A DNA stretch of 64,000 nt, from positions 1,568,001 through 1,632,000 of the forward strand of contig CAWJGT010000009.1 in assembly GCA_963842525.1 (NCBI GenBank), read 5' to 3'. Origin of the DNA: an uncultured Holophagales bacterium. Its GTDB lineage: Bacteria; Acidobacteriota; Thermoanaerobaculia; Multivoradales; UBA5704. This document shows positions 16,655 through 26,000 of this stretch, piece by piece (within the stretch, counting starts at the first letter, position 1; each line of letters opens with the position of its first letter). The position numbers and the translations under genes were made by a program. The notes under the pieces were generated by a model. The model ran no database searches, was not told the DNA's origin, and worked only from the letters and a program-made list of their open reading frames with translations.

Positions 16655-19600
16655 ATGGATAACCAACCGGCAGCGGGTTTCCCGCTCACCGAAAGCCAGC
16701 GGAGGCTCTGGTCCCTACGTCAGCAGGGGCTGGCGCCGCGAATTGCCTGCCTCGTTGATCTGATCGGAGAGTTCGAGCCCCAACTGGTGCGTAGAGCGAT
16801 AGAGCAGGTGGTACTGCGCCACGAGATGCTACGCACTGGTTTTCTGCGCAGGCCTGGGATGAGATTCCCGCTCCAAGTGCCGCGGGAGGCAGTGGCGGCT
16901 GGTTGGCTGGAGGTAGATCTTACAGAGGCGACAACTCCGGCGGCTGGCGACCGCTTCGAGGAACTCTGGCACCGCGAGCTGGTCTATGCGGCGGATCGCG
17001 AGGACGACCTCCTGAGGGCCGTGTTGATCACAAGGACGGGGAGCTGCTCCCTCTTGATCAGTGTGCCTTCCCTCTGCGCCGATGTTTTCTCACTGCGGCG
17101 GATCGTTGAGGAGGTGGCCCAAGTCTGCGCCGGCGGCGTGGAGGGCCTCGAAGACCCCGTGCCCTATCTCGACGTCGTTGAATGGCAGGGGAAACTGCTC
17201 ACTGGGAACGATGAGGAAGCTACCCGTGGGCGCGCCTTCTGGCGTCGGCAGGACCTCGGGGCGCTTCAGGCGCCATCTCTGCCATTCGAGGGCGGCTCCG
17301 GCCCTGCGCTCCGCGAGGACCGTGATGTGGTCCCCGCGCGAGTCAGCGTAGACACCGCATACGAGCTCCGTGCGGAGCTGTATACGGCTGCCGAGCGGCA
17401 TGGCGTCTCCCGCGTGGAGATCTTGCGTCTGGCTTGGCGGGTTCTGCTGGCACGCCTGTCAGGAGAGTCTACGTTCCTCCTCCACGAGCTCTTTGACGGT
17501 CGTAGCGACGAGCAACTCCTGTCCATGGTCGGCCCCTTATCACGCTGGATCCCACAGCGCGTTGAGGAGGTGGAAGACCACACTCTGGAGGAGGCTCTCC
17601 GCCGGGTCGGACGGCTCCATGTCGACTCCGAGGTCTGGCAACACCACCTGGAGTGGCCTGCGGAGGCCAATCCCGCGGTGGATGAGGCCATGGTGGGGTT
17701 CGTGGTTGAGTCCTGGCCCAGGTTCTCCGCCGGTGCGGGCCGGGCTCTCGCGGTGCGCCGTCGGCAGTCGTGGAGTGAGCCCTTTAAGCTCGTGCTCTGT
17801 TGTCTCGAGCTCGGAGAAGATCTGGCGGTCGAGCTGCATTATGACGCGAGTCGCCTGTCCCGGCCGGACGTGGAGCACACGGCGGCGCAGCTCGCCGTGC
17901 TTCTTGCGGGACTGAGCTCCGTCGAGCCTCGCTTGCGGCGGCTCTCTCTCACCGGCGAATCCGAAAGCCGAGTCCTGGCGCAGCTCTGCCGCGGAGAAGC
18001 GCTTCGGATCCCTGGGCAGCCGGTCCATCGTCTGATCGAGGCCCAGGCGGCGCTGATTCCGTTGGCGCCGGCGGTGATCTATGAAGATCTGGTCCTGTCC
18101 TACGGTGACCTTAATACCCGAGCCAACCAGCTCGGTCGTGTCCTTCGGCGCTTGGGCGTTACGCCCGACACTCCGGTGGCACTTTTTGTCGGACGCTCGC
18201 CCGAGCTGATGGTCGGGATGCTTGCGATCCTGAAGGCCGGCGGGGCCTACGTCCCCCTCGACGCTGCGCAGCCGAACCGCCGGCTTTCGATGGAGTTGGA
18301 CGACTTGGGGGTGCGGGTCATTGTTACGGAGAACGGTCTAGCCTCTCGGCTGTCCGATTTCCCCGGCGCGGTGGTCCGCATCGATGGCGACCAGGAGGAG
18401 ATCTCATGCGAGCCGAGGGTGGATCTCGAAAGGGGAAGCCTGCCGGAGAACCTCGCTTACATCATCTTCACCTCGGGGTCGACAGGCCGCTCCAAGGGGG
18501 TGGCCGTGGAGCACCGGCAGCTCCTCAATTACATTGAAGGGATCCGGACCCGGCTCAGCCTGGGGACGGGTTGGAGCTACGCCAACGTGTCCACGTTCGC
18601 GGCGGACCTTGGGAACACCACGGTATTCCCTGCGCTGACGAGCGGTGGCTGCCTGCACCTCGTCGCGCAGGAGAGGACTGCGGACCCCGCAGGCATGGTC
18701 GAGTATTTCGAACGGCACCCGGTGGACTGCCTGAAGATCGTGCCGACCCACCTGGAGGCCCTACACGCGATGGCCGAGCCGGAGCGCCTGCTGCCGCGCC
18801 GTCGCCTGGTACTGGGAGGGGAGGCCTCAAAGGTCCGGCATAGCGAGGAGCTGTCGCGGATTGCGGGGGAATGCCGGGTCTTCAACCACTACGGCCCGTC
18901 GGAAACCACCGTCGGCGTGCTCACGTACCCAGTGCCCACAGCCCTTGACAGCCGCTGCCGAACGCTCCCCATCGGCAGCCCGCTCCCCAACACCAGCGTC
19001 TATCTCCTCGACCGTGAAGGCAAGCGAGTGTCGGTCTGGGAGCCGGGAGAGATCCACATAGGCGGTGCCAGCGTGTCGCGCGGGTACTTCGGGCGTCCGG
19101 AGCTGACCGCCGAGAGCTTCGTGCCAGACCCCTTCGCGACGGAGCTGGGAATGCGGATGTACCGGACGGGGGACCTCGCCCGACTCCTGCCGGAAGGGAG
19201 TATCGAGTTCCTCGGTCGTCGCGACCACCAAGTCAAGTTCCATGGCTTCCGGGTGGAGCTCAACGAGATCCGGACACTGCTGAACACGCACCCGCAAATC
19301 CGCGACAGTGTGGTGCAGGCGATACGCGACCGGAATGGCCGCGACGCCCTGATCGCCTACTACGTCTCCCGCCAAGAGCTGGAGTTCGGCTCGCTGCGCG
19401 CCTGGCTCGCCCAGAGACTCGCCGAGGTGATCCTCCCCAACTTCTTCGTCCATCTGCGCAAGCTCCCTCTCACTCTGAACGGCAAGATCAACTATCAGGC
19501 GCTTCCCGGCATCGAAGAGGCCAAGCAGCAGGCGCGGAGCTCCTTCATCGCGCCGCGCACCGAGACCGAAGAGGAGGTGGCGAGAATCTGGTCCGAGGTT

Positions 19601-20002
19601 CTGGGTATCCATCCTGTAGGTGTAGGGGCCAATTTCTTCGAGCTCGGCGGGCACTCGCTCCTGGCCACCCGCATTATCTCCCGGCTGCGTGAGAGGTATC
19701 AGATCGACCTGCCGCTACGCGCGATCTTCGACACGCCAACCGTGGCGGCCCTTTCACGGTCCGTTGAGGCGCGGGCGGCGTCGGCCGCGGTGCCGCTGGC
19801 CGGCATGGGAGCGGAGCGGAGCATTGAGGACGATCTGGCCGAGTTGGAAGGGATCACGGATGAGCAAGCGCAAATCCTTCTTGAAGGCGCCGCTGATCAC
19901 CCCCAAGCGATCCCCGCGATGAAGGAGGCGATTCATCGACTTGCAGCGCTATCGTCCGGAGAAGCTTGCGCTTCCGCCACCGGAGAGATCCAGGATGAGT
20001 GA
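16655..20002 (+). CDS. Single-module NRPS: degenerate C (interface domain)-A(Asp)-T
   Basis: HHxxxDG is replaced by PSLCADV; code DLTKVGHVGK (Asp); GGHSL carrier; acidic docking-like tail. ATG 16655 preferred over GTG 16649. Confidence 0.92.
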   Translation: MDNQPAAGFPLTESQRRLWSLRQQGLAPRIACLVDLIGEFEPQLVRRAIEQVVLRHEMLRTGFLRRPGMRFPLQVPREAVAAGWLEVDLTEATTPAAGDRFEELWHRELVYAADREDDLLRAVLITRTGSCSLLISVPSLCADVFSLRRIVEEVAQVCAGGVEGLEDPVPYLDVVEWQGKLLTGNDEEATRGRAFWRRQDLGALQAPSLPFEGGSGPALREDRDVVPARVSVDTAYELRAELYTAAERHGVSRVEILRLAWRVLLARLSGESTFLLHELFDGRSDEQLLSMVGPLSRWIPQRVEEVEDHTLEEALRRVGRLHVDSEVWQHHLEWPAEANPAVDEAMVGFVVESWPRFSAGAGRALAVRRRQSWSEPFKLVLCCLELGEDLAVELHYDASRLSRPDVEHTAAQLAVLLAGLSSVEPRLRRLSLTGESESRVLAQLCRGEALRIPGQPVHRLIEAQAALIPLAPAVIYEDLVLSYGDLNTRANQLGRVLRRLGVTPDTPVALFVGRSPELMVGMLAILKAGGAYVPLDAAQPNRRLSMELDDLGVRVIVTENGLASRLSDFPGAVVRIDGDQEEISCEPRVDLERGSLPENLAYIIFTSGSTGRSKGVAVEHRQLLNYIEGIRTRLSLGTGWSYANVSTFAADLGNTTVFPALTSGGCLHLVAQERTADPAGMVEYFERHPVDCLKIVPTHLEALHAMAEPERLLPRRRLVLGGEASKVRHSEELSRIAGECRVFNHYGPSETTVGVLTYPVPTALDSRCRTLPIGSPLPNTSVYLLDREGKRVSVWEPGEIHIGGASVSRGYFGRPELTAESFVPDPFATELGMRMYRTGDLARLLPEGSIEFLGRRDHQVKFHGFRVELNEIRTLLNTHPQIRDSVVQAIRDRNGRDALIAYYVSRQELEFGSLRAWLAQRLAEVILPNFFVHLRKLPLTLNGKINYQALPGIEEAKQQARSSFIAPRTETEEEVARIWSEVLGIHPVGVGANFFELGGHSLLATRIISRLRERYQIDLPLRAIFDTPTVAALSRSVEARAASAAVPLAGMGAERSIEDDLAELEGITDEQAQILLEGAADHPQAIPAMKEAIHRLAALSSGEACASATGEIQDE

Positions 20003-23000
20003 GCTCCAGCGGCGAATTGCAAAGCTTTCCCGAGATAAGAAAGCATTGTTGGTTTTGCGAAACCCGCTGTCATTTGCCCAGCGGCGTCTTTGGTTCCTCG
20101 AGCAGCTCGAGCCTGGCAACGCGTCTTACAACGTGCCGGCCGCGTTGCGCTTTTCGGGTCCGCTGGATGTCGGCGTGCTGCGGCGCAGCATGGCCGCAGT
20201 CGTAGCGCGTCACGCGATCCTTCGCACCTCGTTTCCTTCTTTTGACGGGCAGCCCTTCCAGATGGTCTCTCCTCCGTCGGAGATCCTTCTGCCGCTCGTG
20301 AGCCTGGAGATGCTTCCACCCGACTTGCAGGAGAGCGAAGCCCGGTGCATCGCTGAGCGGGAGGCCAGGCGCACCTTCGATCTCTCCGAAGGACCTCTGC
20401 TGCGAGCTAGCCTACTTCGTTTGGCAACAGAAGAGCACATCTTCCTTCTCAACCTGCACCACATCATCTGCGACGGCTGGTCGCGGGAGGTCCTGGTGCG
20501 GGAGGTGGCGGAGCTGTACGACGCTTCGTCGGCCGGGCGGCAACCGCACCTGCCTGAAGTGCCGATCCAGTATGTAGACTACGCCCGCTGGCAATATTCA
20601 TGGCTCAAGGGTGAGCAGGCGCGGATTCAACTCGCCTACTGGCGTCATCGCCTTGAGGGCTGCCCACCGCTGCTTGACTTGCCGACGAACCGCCCGCGGA
20701 AAGCCACGCCAAGCCATCAAGGGCGCGAGACGCACCGCCGGTTGCCTGAGTGCATTAGGGATGACCTCGACCGTTTGAAGAGAGAAGAACGAGCGACCAT
20801 CTTCATAGCCTGCCTGGCGGTCTTCAAGATATTGCTCTACCGGCTCTCTGGACAGCGTGATATAGCGGTAGGCACCCCAGTGACCAATCGTACCTGGTTG
20901 GAGACTGAGGGGCTGGTCGGCCTCTTCCTCAACATGCTGGTGCTGAGAACCGAAATACAGACTTCCTGCACGTTCCGACAGCTGCTTGCGCGAGTCCGGG
21001 AAGAGACCCTAGAGGCTTATGATCACCAGGACCTGCCATTCGAGTTGCTCGTGGACGAGCTACGACCGGAACGGAACTTGGGGGCTCACCCGTTGTTCCA
21101 GGTGATGTTCACCGAGGTGGAATTCCGGCCTGCACAGGCTTCACGGATAGGACTTCGAATCGAGCCCCTGGTCTTGGAGCGGCGGGCAGCCAAGTACGAC
21201 CTGAGCCTCGGCATCGGTGTCTGGAGCGACGGTATAGGTATCAATGCGGAGTGGCGGACTGAGCTGTTCGATGTGGCGACTGTGATACGGCTGCTAGGCC
21301 ACTTCGAAACATTGCTGACCTCGGCGGTGGCAAACCCCGATCGCCTCGTCAATGAGCTGCCGATCTTGACTGAGGGAGAGCGCTGGCACCTCATAGGAGA
21401 GTGGAACGATACGATTATCGATCAACCCTCCAAATGTATTCACCATCTGTTCGAGCAGAGTGCAGCCGAGGCCGGTGACCGCATTGCGCTCCTGTTCGAA
21501 AATCACTGCCTTACCTTCTCCCAGCTCGATTGCCTGGCGAACTGCGTCGCCGCACGGCTATTGGAGCTCGGACTAGGGACCGAAGCACCGGTGGGACTCT
21601 ATCTGGAGCGATCGCCGGAAATGGTGATCGGCATGCTCGGTGTCCTCAAGGCCGGAGGCTCCTATGTACCGCTCGATCCAAGTTTTCCGGAGGATCGGCT
21701 TGCCTTCATGGCCCAAGACGCCGGAGTCGAGATTCTGATGACGGGGCCTGAGCCTCCTGGAGGCCTCAAGCAGTGGGCAGTGCATACGATACACATCTGT
21801 GCCGAGGAGATATTGACGGCGCAAGCCCCCTTTCGTGCACGGGCCGAGCGGGTTCTGCCAGAGAACGTGGCTTACGTCCTCTACACCTCCGGCTCGACAG
21901 GACGTCCGAAGGGAGTGCGGATCACCCATCGCGCGGTCGTGAATTTCCTGTCTGCGATGGCGCGGCGCCCCGGATTAACGGAGCGGGACGTCCTCCTCGG
22001 CGTCACTACCCTGTCCTTCGACATCGCTGTCTTGGAGATCTTCCTGCCTCTTGTCATCGGAGCGCGACTGGTGCTCACCGGCCGCCGTACCTTGGCTGAC
22101 GGTCCGGCCCTGCTGCGCGCTCTTGAACGCTCGCAGGCGACGGTGATGCAGGGTACGCCCGCCACTTGGCGCCTGCTCCTCGCATCCGGCTGGCAGGGCG
22201 ATGGGCGGTTGAAGGTTTTGTGTGGAGGTGAAGCGCTGTCGCCGGATCTGGCGGATGCGCTGTTGCACGCCGGCGGCTCGCTGTGGAATCTTTATGGCCC
22301 CACTGAAACCACCGTGTGGTCGGTCACCGGAGAAGTGACGGCGGCAGGCGCGCCAATACCGATTGGTCGCCCGATCGCCAACACCAAGATCTATGTCCTT
22401 GCAAGCAGGCTCGCGCCGGCAGCGTTGGGCGCAGCGGGTGATCTTTATATCGGCGGCGACGGCCTGGCTCGGGACTACATCGGGCGCGCCGACCTCACCG
22501 CGGACAGCCTGATCCCCGATCCCTGGAGTGCCTCGCCAGGTGCTCGCCTCTACCGAACCGGTGATCGCGTGCGCTACTTCTCCGATGGTCGCCTTGAGTT
22601 TCTCGGCCGCAACGACCAGCAGATCAAGCTGCGGGGTCATCGCATCGAGTTAGGAGAAGTGGAGACCATTCTGGCACGCCATCCAGCCGTAGCGCAGACA
22701 GCGGTGGCGTTGCGCAGGGATGCTTCCGGGGAGAGCTGCCTCGTGGCCTATGTAGTGGCCTCTGGAGGTGACTCACCGGCGGCAGGTGAGCTGCAGCGAT
22801 TTCTGAGAGCGAAGCTGCCGCTCTATATGGTTCCAGCCGTCTTCATGATTCTAGATCGCCTTCCGTTGACACCCAATGGCAAGGTGAACCGCCGTGCTCT
22901 GCCCGACCCTGATGAACTGCGCAAAGCGGGCAGGCAGTTCGCTCCGGCGCAGACCCTGGTCCAGCAGAAAATCGTCGACGTCTGGGAGGAGGTGCTCAAG

Positions 23001-26000
23001 CTGCCGGGGATCGGCATTGCGGACAACTTCTTTGAGCTGGGGGGGCACTCCATACTTGCCACGCAGGTCATGGCCCGCCTGCGCAGCTCATTCGGGATTG
23101 AGGTACCCCTGCGAGATCTGTTCGAAGCTCCGACAGTAGCCGAAGTGAGCGAGCGGATCGAGGCCGCGCTGCGAGGGAGGATCGGTCTCCAGGTCCCCAC
23201 CATCGTAAAGCTTCCCAACCGAGATCGCATACCTCTATCGTTCGCGCAGCAACGGCTCTGGTTCCTAGATCAATTGGAGCCCGGAAGTTCCGTCTACAAT
23301 ATGTCCGTGGCTGTTCAGCTCCAGGGGAGTCTCGATGTCAGCGTCTTGGAGCGTACACTGGCCGAGATCATGCGGCGCCATGAGACGCTGCGGACCACCT
23401 TCTCTCTCGCGGGACAGGAACCGGTGCAGGTGATTGCTCTACAGGCTAGGCCAGCCGTGTCAGTGATCGACCTGCGCAACCTTGAGAGCGCGCGGTGCCA
23501 GGCTTTGACACAGCGGATCGTGCGTAGCTCGGCGACCGCGCCGTTCGACCTTTCGCGCCTGCCGCTGCTGCGGGTTTCGCTCCTCCTGCTGGCCGAGCAC
23601 GATCACATTATCCTCCTCACGCTGCACCATATCATCAGCGACGGCTGGTCGCTCGGCCTATTGATCCGCGAAATGGCAGCGATCTATGGAGCCTTTTCGC
23701 GACAGGCCCCCTCGCCGCTCCCCGAGCTGCCTGTGCAGTATGCCGATTACACTTTCTGGCAACGGGGTTGGTTGCAGGGTGAAACACTCGAGGTGCTTCT
23801 CAACTACTGGCGCAACCAGCTCAGTACAGGCATCTCGCCGATCGAGCTTCCGACCGATCGGCCTCGGCCACAGATCCAGAGCTACCGGGGTGCGCGGCGG
23901 TCCTTCAACATTGCGGTCCCCCAATCCCTCAGGAGCCTGATCCGCAAGAGCGAGGTAACCCTTTTCGCTCTGCTGATGGCGGTCTTGCATGTGCTCCTGC
24001 GCCGCTACTGCGGTCGCACTACCGTGACCGTCGGTTTCCCGGTCGCGAATCGCTCGCATGTAGAGATCGAGAAGCTGATCGGGTTCTTCGCCAACACCCT
24101 CGCGCTCCGCACGGAAATCACAGATCATCTGAAGTTTTCTGAGTTCCTGCAGCGGGTTAGCGAGACGGTTCTGGGAGCACTCGCCCATCAAGATATGCCG
24201 TTCGAGAAGCTGGTCGATGCCCTGGGGCCCGAGCGGGCGCTGGATCAGAACCCGATCTTCCAGGTCATGCTTGCACTCCAGAACGTCCCGTTGCCGACTC
24301 TTGAAATTTCGAAGCTGAGCGTGAGGCCTGTGGGCCTGGAGAGCGGAGTGTCCCGGTTTGATTGGCTTCTCTTCATGGAAGAGAGGGAGGGAAGCCTGCT
24401 CGGCAGCTTCGAATATTGCACTGACCTCTTCGATGCGGTGACGATCGCGCGGACTGTCGGCCACATCGAGTCGTTGCTGGGGAGGGTCGCCGTCGATCCA
24501 GAACAGCGGATCGACGACATCCCTATGCTGACCAGGAACGAATCGCACCAGACCCTGCTCGAGTGGAATGACCCGGGGTTCTCGAGATCTCCTTGGCAGG
24601 ACATCCCACAGCTCTTCGAGAGCCAGACCGAGATGAGCCCCGACACGGTTGCTGTCCGGTGGGAGGGCGACACTCTGACTTATCGGGAGCTGAATGCCCG
24701 GTCAAATGCCCTGGCCCGGCGCCTGCGGGCGCTGGGTGTCGGCCCGGATGTATTGGTCGCGGTCCACCTGGAGAGTTGTCTCGCACTATCCGTTGCGCTC
24801 CTGGCCATTTTGAAAGCGGGAGGTGCCTATCTTCCTCTCGACCCCTCTCATCCCAAGCAGCGGTTGGCCTTCTTGCTGGAGGACGCCGGCGTAGGGCTGA
24901 TCATCGCTGCAAGGGGGCCGGCCGAGGAGCCCAGGGTCCAGGGTATACCGGCCCTGTACATGGCGGAGAATGGGCAGGACGGCTGGGAAAGTGAACGCAA
25001 TCTCACACCCGTAGCGGAAAGTCAAAATCTGGCTTACGTGATCTATACGTCAGGATCGACGGGGAGGCCCAAGGGGGTGGCCATGACTCGCGGGGCTCTG
25101 GGCAACCTGCTGTCCTGGCAGCTCCGACAGTCCCGGCCGGCACCTGGAGCCGGCACCTTGCAGTTCGCTGCAACGACGTTCGACGTCTCCGCCCAGGAGA
25201 TCTTCTCGACCTGGTGTGCGGGCGGCACGCTGGTCCTGATTCCGGAGGCTCTGCGCCGGGACAGCTCCGCCCTCCTCGGTTTCCTCGCAGAATTACGGAT
25301 TGCGCGATTGTTCCTGCCCGTCGTGGCGCTCCAGCAACTTGCCGAGACCGCGCTCCGGGAAGAGCGCCGGCTCTTGCATCTGCGTGAGGTGGCTGTGGCG
25401 GGCGAGCAACTGCGGATCAGCGCGGAAATCCGTGACTTCTTCGAGCAGATCCCCAACTGTCAACTGCAGAACCATTATGGCCCGACCGAGAGCCATGTGG
25501 CAAGCGCCTTTACGCTCCTGGGTCCGCCTGCGACCTGGAGCACACTGCCGTACATCGGAAGACCGATCACCGGCGCAGCGATACACCTGCTGAGCCCATG
25601 TCTGCAGGCAGTACCCGCCGGAGTGGCAGGGGAGTTGTACATCGGCGGCGCAGGCTTGGCCCGGGGTTATATCAGCCGCGTCCAGCTGACGGCGGAGAGG
25701 TTTATCCCCGATGCCTTCAGCGGCGAGCCAGGATCACGCCTATACAGGACCGGAGACCTCGCTCGTCATCTGCCGGACGGCAACATCGAATTTCTCGGAC
25801 GCATGGATGACCAGATCAAGGTGAGAGGCTTCCGCGTCGAGCCGGGTGAGATCGAAGCTGTGCTCTGCCGCCACCCAGACGTCCGGCAGGCCGTGTCCAT
25901 GGCGCGGCAGAGGGCGCGCTACGGGACGGCGATCGTGGCCTACGTGGTCGCTGCCGAAGGGCGCAGCCCCACCGGACACGAGCTGCGACGTTGGCTGAAA

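Noticed and set aside
19941-19994. Upstream starts proposed by the ORF track (19941, also 47518 and 56938)
   Set aside because: Better starts exist at 19995 (stop overlap, docking helix), 47641 (MCG, required for Ntn amidotransferases) and 57004 (RBS, family N-terminus).
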